64,000 bases of DNA from Nitrospiraceae bacterium (GCA_040255845.1 JBDZVU010000005.1:9301-73300); one strand, 5' to 3'; numbered from the stretch's first letter, positions 1-12,378 are shown. Notes: a model not told the origin generated them from the letters alone. Program-made: numbers and translations.

Positions 1-567
1 CCGCAGCATACGCACGTCGTCATCACGTTCGAAGGCGAACCCCATGCCACCTTGCGGTATTGGAATCCTCGCCGGTTTGGACGGCTTTCCCTCCTGGACG
101 AGGCTGCGCTCGGTCGCTACGTCCAGCGGCGGTTTGGGTACGATCCGCTCACGATCAAACGAGATGAGTTCGTGGCGCTTCTGCAGCGCAGCCGCAGGCG
201 CCTCAAACCTCTCCTGATGCATCAGCAGACGCTGGCCGGGATCGGGAACATCTACGCCAACGAGATCCTGTTTCGGACGCGACTCCACCCCAATGCGATC
301 GCCTCTCGCCTGAAGGGGGCCACGATGGAACGCCTGCATCAGATCATGCAAGCGGTCCTGCACGAGGCGATCGAAAGCGGCGGGTCCAGCGTAAGGGATT
401 TCTTCGCTCCGGACGGAACGGAGGGGCGCTACAAAGAACGCCATCAAGTCTACGCCAAAGCGAATCGGCCTTGCCACAATAAATGCGGCGCACTCATCCG
501 CCGTCTTGAAAGCGAGCGCAGTTCGTTCTACTGTCCTCTCTGTCAGAAGAATCGCCGATGGCCGTGA
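1..567 (+). CDS. mutM: Formamidopyrimidine-DNA glycosylase (Fpg/MutM), C-terminal part; 5' end lies outside the window
   Basis: Frame 1 is open from base 1. Contains the H2TH motif LAGIGNIYANEILFRTRLHP and a C-terminal zinc finger CHNKCG...FYCPLCQ, both typical of Fpg/Nei. Confidence 0.85.
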   Translation, partial: PQHTHVVITFEGEPHATLRYWNPRRFGRLSLLDEAALGRYVQRRFGYDPLTIKRDEFVALLQRSRRRLKPLLMHQQTLAGIGNIYANEILFRTRLHPNAIASRLKGATMERLHQIMQAVLHEAIESGGSSVRDFFAPDGTEGRYKERHQVYAKANRPCHNKCGALIRRLESERSSFYCPLCQKNRRWP

Positions 568-697
568 TTCACCCGTTTCGCATCGCTCCGTGTCGGCAGC
601 TCAAAGTGGCCGAGAATCCAGCGGAATACGATGCCCACGGGGGGAAACCCGGGCGACTAGGCCTTTTGTTCCCATCAACGTTAGTCCCTCTGGTGTA

Positions 698-726
698 TTG
701 TGTCCCCCTAGTAATTTGGCTAAAAT
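698..726 (+). promoter_or_regulatory. Candidate sigma70 promoter for the acl/rTCA gene block
   Basis: TTGTGT (698-703), 17-nt spacer, TAAAAT (721-726), about 50 nt upstream of the aclB start. Confidence 0.35.
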
Positions 727-774
727 CCGCCTTCCAATCGCGTGATTTCACTCGTCCGTCAAGGAGACACGGTT

Positions 775-1974
775 ATGGCGAAGGTGCTTGAAGGTCCGGG
801 GATGGGGCTGATGAAGAAGTGGGGCATCCAAGTCCCCAACTATGTGGTCGTCACGTCCGCCGATGAGCTTGCCAAGCTTGGACAGGTCAATGAGTGGCTG
901 AAGACGTCCAAGCTGGTGGCGAAGGCGCACGAGGCCCTCGGTTCCCGCTTCAAGCTTGGGCTGGTGAAAGTCGGCTTGGACCTGAACGGCGCCGTCGCCG
1001 CCGCGAAGGACATGATCGGCCGACAGGTCGGAAGTATCACGGTCTCCCAAGTCATCGTGTCCGAGATGGTCCCCCACAAGGAAGAATATTACTGCGCCGT
1101 CAAATCGACGCGCGAGGGCAGTGAGGTGTTGGTCGCCAATTGCGGCGGCATCGAGGTGGAGTCCAACTGGGATCGCGTCAAGCGGTTCACCGTGGACGTC
1201 GGCCAGCAGCCCACCGCGGAAGCGCTTGAAAAGCTCGCGAAGGACGCCGGGTTCACCGGGGCATTGACCAAGAAAATGGCCGACTTCGCCGGCAAGATGT
1301 TTACCTGCTTCGACAATGAAGACGCCCAGTACCTCGAAGTGAATCCCGTCGTGGCGCGGGAGAGCGACGGCGAATTGGTCGCGTTGGATGCGGTGACGCT
1401 GCTTGACGCCGACGCCAAGTTCCGCCATCCCGACTGGAATTTCGCCTTCGCCGCCGAGTTCGGCCGCGCGTACACCAAGGACGAGCTCGAAGTCATGGCG
1501 GTCGACAGCAAAATCAAGGGCTCTGTGAAGTTCATCGAGATTCCCGGAGGGGATACCGCCATGCTGCCTGCCGGCGGCGGCGCCAGCGTGTATTACTCGG
1601 ATGCCGTCGTCGCGCGCGGCGGCAAGCTGGCGAACTACGCCGAGTATTCCGGCGATCCCCCCGACTGGGCGGTGGAGGTCCTGACCGAGAAAGTGTGCTC
1701 TCTGCCCGGTATCAAGAACATCATCGTCGGCGGTGCCATTGCCAATTTTACCGACGTCAAAAAAACCTTCGGCGGCATCATTAACGGATTCCGCAAAGCC
1801 AAAGCGGACGGCAAGTTGAACGGGGTCAAAATTTGGGTGCGGCGCGGCGGCCCCCGCGAGAAGGAAGGCTTGGACGCGATGCGGGCCTTAAAAGACGAGG
1901 GATTCGACATCAACGTCTTTGACCGCTATACCCCGCTGACGGACATTGTCGATAAGGCGCTGCAAGCGAAATAA
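775..1974 (+). CDS. aclB: ATP-citrate lyase beta (small) subunit, SucC-like ATP-grasp
   Basis: N-terminus MAKVLEGPGMGLMKKWGIQVPNYVV. ATP-grasp/SucC-like architecture. AGGAG upstream of ATG 775 (the ORF track starts at GTG 742, which has no RBS). Sits directly upstream of aclA. Confidence 0.85.
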   Translation: MAKVLEGPGMGLMKKWGIQVPNYVVVTSADELAKLGQVNEWLKTSKLVAKAHEALGSRFKLGLVKVGLDLNGAVAAAKDMIGRQVGSITVSQVIVSEMVPHKEEYYCAVKSTREGSEVLVANCGGIEVESNWDRVKRFTVDVGQQPTAEALEKLAKDAGFTGALTKKMADFAGKMFTCFDNEDAQYLEVNPVVARESDGELVALDAVTLLDADAKFRHPDWNFAFAAEFGRAYTKDELEVMAVDSKIKGSVKFIEIPGGDTAMLPAGGGASVYYSDAVVARGGKLANYAEYSGDPPDWAVEVLTEKVCSLPGIKNIIVGGAIANFTDVKKTFGGIINGFRKAKADGKLNGVKIWVRRGGPREKEGLDAMRALKDEGFDINVFDRYTPLTDIVDKALQAK

Positions 1975-2077
1975 TGCGTAACGAGTGACGCGTTACGCGT
2001 GACAAGACTCCAGGGCCTCCAGCCTTCTCGTCCTTTGTCACCGGTCACTCATCACGTTTTCGAAGAGGGAGAGGTCG

Positions 2078-3898
2078 ATGAGTATTCTCGCAAACAAAGA
2101 CACCCGCGTGGTGATTCAGGGCGGGCCGGCCGGTGTGAATGCCGCTCGGCGCATGGCGGAGTTCTGTTATCTGATCAAACGACCGCTGAACGTGGAGGCG
2201 TTCGTCTATCCGCCGGATGCCGGCAAGACCAACGAAATTCCGTACGGCAGCGGCCTCATCGCCATTCCCGTCTATAGGACCATCGCCGAAGCGACGAAGA
2301 ACCACCCCTCCATCAACACCAGCCTGGTCTATATCGGAGCGGACCGCGCCATGAAGGCCGGAATGGAAGCCCTCGATGATGCCCACATCAAAGTGGTGTC
2401 CATGATCACCGAGGGGGTGCCCGAGAAGGACGCCAAGGTGCTGGGGGCGCATGCCAGGAAGCTGGGGAAGGTCTTTAACGGGCCGTCCTCGATCGGCATT
2501 ATCTCGGCGGGCTCGTGCCGGCTTGGGGTGATCGGCGGCGCATTTGATAATCTCGTCTTGTCCAAGCTCTATCGCGAAGGCTCCTTCGGCGTCATTACCA
2601 AGTCCGGCGGTCTCTCAAACGAAATCATCTGGATCTGCTCCCAATTCGCCGACGGGATCACGACGGCCATCGGCATCGGGGGCGACGCCTATCCTGGCAC
2701 CGACTACGTCAGCTATCTGGAAATGTTCGAGAACGACCCGCAGACGAAAGCGGTGGTCATTGTCGGCGAAATGGGCGGCGATCTCGAGGAGCGGGCGGCC
2801 GAATGGTACGGAGCCAAAAAGCGACGGATCAAGCTGATCGGCGTCGTCTCCGGGTTCTGCCAGGAAAGCCTGCCGAAGGGCATGAAGTTCGGCCACGCCG
2901 GCGCCAAAGAGGGCCTGAAGGGCGAAGGCTCGGCCCGCGCCAAGTCTGACGCGCTGAAGAAGGCCGGTGCCATCGTTCCGCCGACCTTCGGGGCCTTGGG
3001 CCCCGCCATCAAGGATACGTATCAAGAACTGCTGAAGTCCGGGCAGGTGAAAGAGCCGGTGGAGCCGGCCGCGCTGCCGAAGCTCCCCAAGTCGGTGGAA
3101 GAAGCCATGAAGGCCGACGAGGTCATGGTGGCTCCGCTGATCCGGACCACCATCAGCGACGATCGCGGCGACGAGCCGTGTTACGACGGGTATCCCGCCT
3201 CCGAGTTGATCAACAAAGGCTATGAGATTCCACACGTGATCGGCTTACTGTGGGACAAGCGGCTGATTTCGAAGCAGGAAGCCGAAATCATCAAGCGGAT
3301 CATCATGCTGTCGGCCGATCATGGACCCTGCGTGAGCGGCGCCTATGCCACCATTCTGGCGGCGTGCGCCGGCATCGGTCTTTCGCAATCCGTGGCCGCA
3401 GGTCTGATCATGATCGGGCCCCGCTTCGGGGGCGCCGTGACGGATGCCGGGCGGTGGTTCAAGTACGCAGTCGACAACAAGATGACGGTGGATGAGTTTC
3501 TCGCCTACATGAAGAAAAATGTAGGGCCCGTGCCCGGCATCGGACATCGCGTCAAGAGTCTGCGCAATCCGGATAAGCGGGTGAAGGAGTTGGTGGGATA
3601 CGTCAAGAGCCTGAACATCAAGACGCCCTGCCTCGACTTCGCCTTGCAAGTGGAGCAAGTGACGGCGGCGAAGAAGGATAATCTCATTCTCAACGTCGAT
3701 GGAACGATGGCTGCGGTGCTGGTCGATCTCGGATTCCCCGTCGACAGCCTCAACGGGTTCTTCATTCTTTCCCGCACCATCGGGTTGATCGGCCATTGGG
3801 TCGACCAGAAGCGGCAGGACAGCAGATTGATCCGGCTGTTCGATTACCTGGTGAACTATGCGGCGCCCAAGCGGCGGGAAGTGCCGCCGTTGAAATAA
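2078..3898 (+). CDS. aclA: ATP-citrate lyase alpha (large) subunit
   Basis: SucD-like CoA-ligase N-terminal half with phospho-His loop KFGHAGAKEG. Citrate-synthase-like C-terminal half with GIGHRVKSLRNPDKRV. 606 aa. Confidence 0.9.
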   Translation: MSILANKDTRVVIQGGPAGVNAARRMAEFCYLIKRPLNVEAFVYPPDAGKTNEIPYGSGLIAIPVYRTIAEATKNHPSINTSLVYIGADRAMKAGMEALDDAHIKVVSMITEGVPEKDAKVLGAHARKLGKVFNGPSSIGIISAGSCRLGVIGGAFDNLVLSKLYREGSFGVITKSGGLSNEIIWICSQFADGITTAIGIGGDAYPGTDYVSYLEMFENDPQTKAVVIVGEMGGDLEERAAEWYGAKKRRIKLIGVVSGFCQESLPKGMKFGHAGAKEGLKGEGSARAKSDALKKAGAIVPPTFGALGPAIKDTYQELLKSGQVKEPVEPAALPKLPKSVEEAMKADEVMVAPLIRTTISDDRGDEPCYDGYPASELINKGYEIPHVIGLLWDKRLISKQEAEIIKRIIMLSADHGPCVSGAYATILAACAGIGLSQSVAAGLIMIGPRFGGAVTDAGRWFKYAVDNKMTVDEFLAYMKKNVGPVPGIGHRVKSLRNPDKRVKELVGYVKSLNIKTPCLDFALQVEQVTAAKKDNLILNVDGTMAAVLVDLGFPVDSLNGFFILSRTIGLIGHWVDQKRQDSRLIRLFDYLVNYAAPKRREVPPLK

Positions 3899-4017
3899 CA
3901 GGGCGCGCCGCTTTCGTACCAAGCTGAGCCCCAGCGCTGTGTCGTCGGTCCGCAGCGGGGTCTTCCGCGCCTGCTGGCCCCGGATACACGCTCGGAACCA
4001 TAAAGGAGTCTTCGTCC

Positions 4018-6264
4018 ATGTCAACGGAACTCGCCAAACAACTCTATGCCGAGATGCCGGGCGTGCTTGCGAAGGCGCGCAAGCAATTCGGACGCGGGCT
4101 GACGCTCGCGGAGAAGATATTGGTGTCCCATGCCGACAACTTCGAAACCCAGACCTGGGAGCGCGGCAAGGCCATGCTGGCGCTGCGCCCCGACCGGGTG
4201 GCGATGCAGGATGCGACGGCGCAGATGGCCATGTTGCAGTTCATGCAGGCCGGCAAGAAGAAAGCCGCCGTGCCGAGCACGATTCACTGCGACCATTTGA
4301 TCCGCGCCGAAATGGGGTCGGAGAAGGACCTGCTCCGGGCCATGGACGAGAACAGGGAAGTGTACAACTTCCTGGCGTCGGCCGCGAAGAAGTACGGCAT
4401 CGGGTTTTGGAAGCCGGGCGCCGGGATCATCCACCAGGTGGTGCTCGAAAACTATGCCTTCCCTGGCGGCTTGATCATCGGGACGGATTCGCACACACCG
4501 AACGGCGGCGGGTTGGGCATGCTGGCCATCGGAGTCGGGGGCGCCGACGCCGGGGAAGTGATGGCGGGGCTTGCCTGGGAGGTCCTCCATCCCAAGCTGA
4601 TCGGCGTGCGGCTGACCGGGAAGCTGAGCGGGTGGGCTTCCCCCAAGGACGTCATCCTGTACCTCTGCGGGCTCCTCACCGTGAAGGGTGGGACCAACAA
4701 GATCGTCGAGTATTTCGGCCCCGGCGCAGAAACCATCAGCGCGACCGGGAAGGGGACCATCTGCAACATGGGCGCCGAACTGGGCGCGACGACGTCGGTG
4801 TTTCCCTTCGATCAAAAAATGGTGGCCTATTTGAATATCACCGACCGGGCGGAGTTGGCGAACCTCGCGACGGCGCACAAGGACCTGCTCGTGGCGGATC
4901 CCGAGGTGTATCAATCGCCCGAGAAATACTACGACCAGATCGTCGAGGTCGATCTGTCAACGCTGGAGCCGCATGTCGTCGGACCCCACACGCCGGACCT
5001 CGCACGGCCGATTTCGAAGCTCGCGGCCGAAGCGACAGAAAAGGGCTATCCGGTCGAATTGAAGGCCGCCTTGATCGGCAGCTGTACCAATTCGTCTTAT
5101 GAAGACATCAGCCGCTCGGCCCACGTCGCTCGGCAGGGGTTGAAGGCGGGCCTCAAAGCGAAGACGGCGTTCCTCATCTCCCCGGGATCCGAGCGCATTT
5201 ATCACACCATGAAGCGGGATGGCTTCTTGGATACCTTCGAACAACTGGGCGGTACGGTTCTCTCGAATTCCTGCGGCCCCTGCATCGGCCAGTGGAAGCG
5301 CGCCGATGGTGTCAAGGGGAGGGCCGATTCCATCGTCAGTTCGTTCAACCGCAACTTCCCCGGACGCAACGACGGAATCAATGAAACCTTATCCTTCTTG
5401 GCCAGCCCCGAAGTCGTGACGGCCTATGCCATCACCGGCGATCTGCGATTCGATCCGGTGCGGCAGACGCTAAAGGGCGCCGACGGCAAGGAGTTCAAGC
5501 TCCAGCCACCCCAGGGTGAAGAGCTTCCGGCCAAGGGATTTGCCAAGGGCGAAGAGGGTTACGTCGCCCCGGCAGAGAACGGCGATGCCTTGACGGTCGA
5601 CATTCCGCCGACCAGCGAGCGTCTGCAACTCTTGCAGCCGTTTCCGCGCTGGGACGGCAAGGACTTCGAAAAACTGCCCTTGTTGATCAAGACCAAAGGG
5701 AAGACGACCACGGACCACATCTCTCCGGCCGGCCCGTGGCTCAAGTACCGCGGCCATCTGGATAAAATCAGCGACAACATGTTCCTCGGCGCCAACAACG
5801 CGTTCTCGTCGGAGCCGGGCAAGGGCACCAACGTGCTCACCGGCGAGTCGAACCTCACCATCGCGCAGATCGCGCGCGACTACAAGGCCAAGGGGATCGG
5901 ATCGATTGTGGTCGGAGATGAGAACTATGGCGAGGGCAGCAGCCGCGAGCATGCCGCGATGTCGCCCCGGTTCCTCAACGTACGAGCGGTCATCACCAAG
6001 AGTTTCGCCCGCATTCACGAAACGAACCTCAAGAAGCAGGGCATCCTGCCGTTGACCTTCGCTGACCCCAAGGACTACGACAAGATCGAGCAGAACGACC
6101 GCATCAGCGTGACGGGTCTCAACAACCTGGCCCCCGGCAAACCGGTGACCGTCGTGCTGCACAAGGCCAATGGACAGGACATCACGATTCAGACCAATCA
6201 CAGCATGACCGTGCAGCAAATTACATGGTTTAAGGCCGGTTCGGCGCTCAACGCGCTGAACTAA
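4018..6264 (+). CDS. acn: Aconitate hydratase (about 750-aa, mitochondrial-type)
   Basis: Fe-S ligand motifs IGSCTNSSYED and NSCGPCIGQW. AAAGGAG RBS before ATG 4018. Confidence 0.9.
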   Translation: MSTELAKQLYAEMPGVLAKARKQFGRGLTLAEKILVSHADNFETQTWERGKAMLALRPDRVAMQDATAQMAMLQFMQAGKKKAAVPSTIHCDHLIRAEMGSEKDLLRAMDENREVYNFLASAAKKYGIGFWKPGAGIIHQVVLENYAFPGGLIIGTDSHTPNGGGLGMLAIGVGGADAGEVMAGLAWEVLHPKLIGVRLTGKLSGWASPKDVILYLCGLLTVKGGTNKIVEYFGPGAETISATGKGTICNMGAELGATTSVFPFDQKMVAYLNITDRAELANLATAHKDLLVADPEVYQSPEKYYDQIVEVDLSTLEPHVVGPHTPDLARPISKLAAEATEKGYPVELKAALIGSCTNSSYEDISRSAHVARQGLKAGLKAKTAFLISPGSERIYHTMKRDGFLDTFEQLGGTVLSNSCGPCIGQWKRADGVKGRADSIVSSFNRNFPGRNDGINETLSFLASPEVVTAYAITGDLRFDPVRQTLKGADGKEFKLQPPQGEELPAKGFAKGEEGYVAPAENGDALTVDIPPTSERLQLLQPFPRWDGKDFEKLPLLIKTKGKTTTDHISPAGPWLKYRGHLDKISDNMFLGANNAFSSEPGKGTNVLTGESNLTIAQIARDYKAKGIGSIVVGDENYGEGSSREHAAMSPRFLNVRAVITKSFARIHETNLKKQGILPLTFADPKDYDKIEQNDRISVTGLNNLAPGKPVTVVLHKANGQDITIQTNHSMTVQQITWFKAGSALNALN

Positions 6265-8517
<2,253 letters not shown>

Positions 8518-8605
8518 GAACAAGAGCCGTCAGTTCGTCAGCACTCAGGGCACCGACATCGGAGCCCGAACCCTGGCGGCTGAGAGCGGGAAGCGAATCG
8601 AGATT

Positions 8606-9319
8606 ATGGCGCAAGAGACGATGGAAAACATCATCGATCAACCCGAGGTGATGAAGCCTCGGATGGTGACGATCGAGATCGCCGGCAAGAAGTATGAGGT
8701 GCCCGAGGGCATCACGGTGATCAAGGCGATGTGGTACGCGGGTCAGGAAGTGGTCCGGGGAGTCGGCTGCCTGGGCGGGTTTTGCGGCGCCTGCGCGACG
8801 TACTATCGGACCAAGGACGATCCGAAGGTGAAGACCTGCCTGGCCTGTCAGACGGCCGTGCAGGACGGCATGTCGTTCACGATGATGCCGCCGTTCCCGG
8901 CCCGCAAAGCGATCTATGATATCCGGAATTTGCAGGACCCCAAGCAGGACTTGTTCAACTTGTACCCGGAGGCGCCGCTCTGCCGGAACTGCAACGCCTG
9001 CACGGAAGCCTGCCCTCAAAAGATCGACGTGCGGGAGGGGGTCTGGAAGGCGGTGTTCGGCGATTTCAAGAGCGTCTCGGACATGTTCATGGATTGCGTC
9101 ATGTGCGGGATGTGCACGCCCGTCTGCATTGCGGATATCGCGCCCAATCTGGTCGCGTTGTACGTCAGCCGTGCTCAAGGGGCGCACTTTACCGACAAGC
9201 CGGTCGGGCTTGAAACGCGCATCAAGGAAATTCAAGACGGCCGGTATGCCGATGAGTGGAACAAGGTCTTGAGCATGAGCGACAAGGAACTTGCGGAGCA
9301 CTGCGCCACCGTGAAATGA
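8606..9319 (+). CDS. SdhB/FrdB-like iron-sulfur subunit (succinate dehydrogenase/fumarate reductase family, atypical)
   Basis: 2Fe-2S pattern CLGGFCGAC...CLAC, then CRNCNACTEACP and CVMCGMCTPVC. The third cluster has four Cys, so it is not the 3Fe-4S pattern. 237 aa. Confidence 0.7.
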   Translation: MAQETMENIIDQPEVMKPRMVTIEIAGKKYEVPEGITVIKAMWYAGQEVVRGVGCLGGFCGACATYYRTKDDPKVKTCLACQTAVQDGMSFTMMPPFPARKAIYDIRNLQDPKQDLFNLYPEAPLCRNCNACTEACPQKIDVREGVWKAVFGDFKSVSDMFMDCVMCGMCTPVCIADIAPNLVALYVSRAQGAHFTDKPVGLETRIKEIQDGRYADEWNKVLSMSDKELAEHCATVK

Positions 9320-9371
9320 AGCTGACGGATCCGTCTGACGGATCACGCACGGCGGTGGACCAGCGAATACC

Positions 9372-10949
9372 ATGGACATTCACGCACTTCAGCAGATCGT
9401 GCACAAGACCCGGGACGCCCGCCGGAAGCAGACGATCCCGAAATTTTCTCCCTCCGACCGCGACACGCTGATCAAGAAATATCACCCTGATTTCCGCGAA
9501 AGCGCGTACCGCCCGATCCGGTTCGGGCCGAACGCCAACGAACGGACGGTGGTCGAACTGGCGACCCTGCTCGAGGGCGACAGCCCCATCCCGGACGACA
9601 TGGATCTGATGCCGGCGTACCAGACCGACGTCCTGGTGATCGGTGGCGGAGGGGCCGGGTGCGCGGCCGCCCTGCATGCCCATGGCGCGGGCGCGAAGGT
9701 GATTCTTGCCACCAAATTACGGCTCGGCGATTCGAACAGCGTGATGGCGCAGGGCGGGATGCAGATTTCCGTGGCCCCGGAGGACTCCCCCGTCACCCAC
9801 TTCCTGGACACGCTGAAGGGCGGCCACATGCAGAACGACCATGAGCTGCTCAAGGTCATGGTCGAGGAGGGGCCCTCCATCGCGAAGTGGCTCATCGAAC
9901 TGGGCGTGTTGTTCGACCGCCAGGCCGACGGCAACCTCCATGTCAAAAAGGGAGGCGGGAGCTCCAAGCCTCGGCTGCTCACGTGCTCCGACTACACGGG
10001 TCTCGAGATCATGCGCGTCCTCAAGGACGAGGTGATCAATCAAAAGATCCAGCTGCTCGAGTTTTGCGCGGCCGTGGAACTGCTCAGCGACGGCGGCCAG
10101 TGCACCGGCGCCGTGTTCAAGGATTTGGACAATCACCGGTACGTTGTCGTCGCGGCAAAATCCGTGATCCTGGCCACCGGCGGAATCGGCCGTCTGCACA
10201 TTCAGGGGTTCCCGACGAGCAACCACTACGGCGCCACCGGTGACGGGCTCTGTCTCGCCTATCGCATGGGGGCCAAGCTGGTCCATATCGACACGTTCCA
10301 ATATCATCCGTCCGGAGCCGTGTACCCGGAGCAGTTGGTGGGCGCCCTCGTGACCGAGGGGATCCGATCCGAGGGGGGGCAGCTGGTCAACGCCAAGGGC
10401 GAGCGCTTCGTCAACGAGCTCGATACGCGGGACGTGGTGTCCTCTTCCATCATCCGGGAATGCGAGGAAGGCCGAGGCATTCGCACGATGTCCGGGCGGG
10501 TGGGCGTCTGGTTGGATACGCCGCTGCTCGACGTGGAGCACGGGCCCGGCACAGTCGAAAAACATTTTCCTGCCATGATGCTGCAGTTCGAACGATTCGG
10601 CATCGACATCAGCAAAGATCCCGTGCTGATTTATCCGACGCTCCACTACCAGAACGGCGGGGTGAAGATCGACACCAACTCGGAGACCAATGTTCCGAAT
10701 CTCTTTGTGGCCGGGGAAGCGTCTGGCGGCCTGCACGGCCGCAATCGGTTGATGGGCAATTCCCTCTTGGATCTGATGGTATTCGGCAAGCGATCCGGGG
10801 TGACCGCCGCGGGTCGCGCGGCGACGATGAAGCAGGGCAAGTTGACGCTGGCGCATCTGCGCCAGTTTCGGGCGGACGCCAGGAAGCACGGCAATCCCAG
10901 CGGGGTCATCTCCCCCATGATTCTGCCGGCCTACACAAGGAAAGCATAA
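9372..10949 (+). CDS. SdhA/FrdA/NadB-superfamily flavoprotein (putative soluble fumarate reductase flavoprotein, atypical)
   Basis: FAD fold DVLVIGGGGAGCAAAL starts only at about residue 86. Also has FQYHPSG, VTEGIRSEGG, HYQNGG and GEASGGLHGRNRLMGNSLLDLMVFG. The covalent-FAD His position reads DSNSVMAQGG (Asn). The C-terminus is short. Confidence 0.7.
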   Translation: MDIHALQQIVHKTRDARRKQTIPKFSPSDRDTLIKKYHPDFRESAYRPIRFGPNANERTVVELATLLEGDSPIPDDMDLMPAYQTDVLVIGGGGAGCAAALHAHGAGAKVILATKLRLGDSNSVMAQGGMQISVAPEDSPVTHFLDTLKGGHMQNDHELLKVMVEEGPSIAKWLIELGVLFDRQADGNLHVKKGGGSSKPRLLTCSDYTGLEIMRVLKDEVINQKIQLLEFCAAVELLSDGGQCTGAVFKDLDNHRYVVVAAKSVILATGGIGRLHIQGFPTSNHYGATGDGLCLAYRMGAKLVHIDTFQYHPSGAVYPEQLVGALVTEGIRSEGGQLVNAKGERFVNELDTRDVVSSSIIRECEEGRGIRTMSGRVGVWLDTPLLDVEHGPGTVEKHFPAMMLQFERFGIDISKDPVLIYPTLHYQNGGVKIDTNSETNVPNLFVAGEASGGLHGRNRLMGNSLLDLMVFGKRSGVTAAGRAATMKQGKLTLAHLRQFRADARKHGNPSGVISPMILPAYTRKA

Positions 10950-11047
10950 ACCTACACGGATTGCCCATGGGGCCAGCCCGACGAGGATGCGGCTTTTCGG
11001 CCGTGCTGGGGTTCATCGGCATCCATTCCACTCTCTTGAGGTAACGC

Positions 11048-12226
11048 ATGAACGTGCATGAATTTCAGGCCAAGTCGTTGTTTGCGCAGTTCGGGGTGCC
11101 GGTGCCGCGCGGGAAGGAGATCACCTCACCGCAGGCCGCCACGGCTTGGGCTGAGGAGCTGAATACGCCGGTGTTCGTCGTCAAGGCCCAGATTCATGCC
11201 GGCGGGCGGGGCAAGGCGGGTGGGGTCAAGATCACCAAGGACAAGACCGCGGTGGCCGGGCTCGCCAAGGAATTGCTGGGGAAGACGCTCGTCACCCATC
11301 AGACCGGTCCCAAGGGGCGGACCGTGAATCGCCTGTTGGTGGAGGAAGGGGCCAACATCGCGAAGGAACTGTATTTGTCCATCCTGGTCGATCGAGATAC
11401 CGGCTGGCCCACCTTCATTGCGAGCACCGAAGGCGGGATGGAAATCGAGGAAGTGGCGGAAAAGACGCCTGAGAAGATCATCAAAGAGGCCGTCGATCCG
11501 GCGGTGGGCTTCCAAGGACACAACGGCCGAAACGTGGCGTTTGGATTGGGGTTGCAGCTCATCGAACCCGCCGTCATCAATCCCTTCGTGAAAATGCTGG
11601 AAAACTTGTACCGCCTCTTTATGGAAAAGAACGCGGCGCTGGTGGAGATCAATCCGTTGATCATCACCAAGGAGAAGACGCTCGTGGCGCTGGACGGCAA
11701 AGTATCGTTCGACGACAACGGCCTGTTCAAGCACGAGGACGTACAGAAGATGCGGGATCTCGACGAAGAAGAGCCGTTGGAAATCGAGGCGACCGCCAAC
11801 AATCTCAACTATGTCAAACTGGACGGCAACATCGGTTGCATGGTCAATGGCGCCGGCTTGGCGATGGCGACGATGGACGTCATCAAATTGGCTGGCAGCG
11901 AACCGGCGAACTTTCTGGACGTCGGAGGCGGTGCCACCAAGGACACGGTGGCCGCGGGGTTTCGCATCCTGCTGAAGGACCCGAACGTGAAGGGCATCTT
12001 CATCAATATTTTCGGGGGCATCGTCCGGTGCGAACGTATCGCCCATGGCGTCATCGAGGCCGCCAAGGAAGTGAAGATTACGGTGCCTCTCGTGGTACGT
12101 CTGCAAGGCACCAATGCGGAGGAAGGGCGGAAGCTCCTCGCCGACTCCGGATTGAAGCTTGAGGTCGCGAACGACCTCTGGGAAGCGGCGCAGAAGATCG
12201 TGAATCTGACGGGGAAGGCGGCGTGA
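11048..12226 (+). CDS. sucC: Succinyl-CoA synthetase beta subunit
   Basis: MNVHEFQAKSLFAQFGVPVP N-terminus and ATP-grasp fold; 392 aa. Confidence 0.9.
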   Translation: MNVHEFQAKSLFAQFGVPVPRGKEITSPQAATAWAEELNTPVFVVKAQIHAGGRGKAGGVKITKDKTAVAGLAKELLGKTLVTHQTGPKGRTVNRLLVEEGANIAKELYLSILVDRDTGWPTFIASTEGGMEIEEVAEKTPEKIIKEAVDPAVGFQGHNGRNVAFGLGLQLIEPAVINPFVKMLENLYRLFMEKNAALVEINPLIITKEKTLVALDGKVSFDDNGLFKHEDVQKMRDLDEEEPLEIEATANNLNYVKLDGNIGCMVNGAGLAMATMDVIKLAGSEPANFLDVGGGATKDTVAAGFRILLKDPNVKGIFINIFGGIVRCERIAHGVIEAAKEVKITVPLVVRLQGTNAEEGRKLLADSGLKLEVANDLWEAAQKIVNLTGKAA

Positions 12227-12378
12227 CAGAGAAGGTGCCGGCTCGAGCCGCAGTGCTCGCCCACCGGCGCTTCTGTGTCCAAAGATTCGATCAGAACGGA
12301 CGGTGCTTGGTGGACGCGCGCAGTACGAGGCTCAAGCCAGCACCCTTTGATGGTGACGTGTAAGAAAAGAGGTTCATC

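Noticed and set aside
9717-10889. 390-aa ORF antisense to the FrdA-like flavoprotein. Similar long shadow ORFs occur at 3939-5102, 18873-20072, 29898-31085, 47039-47983 and 56763-57662.
   Set aside because: All overlap well-supported genes and show a biased Arg/Gly/Pro/His composition. They are treated as high-GC shadow ORFs.
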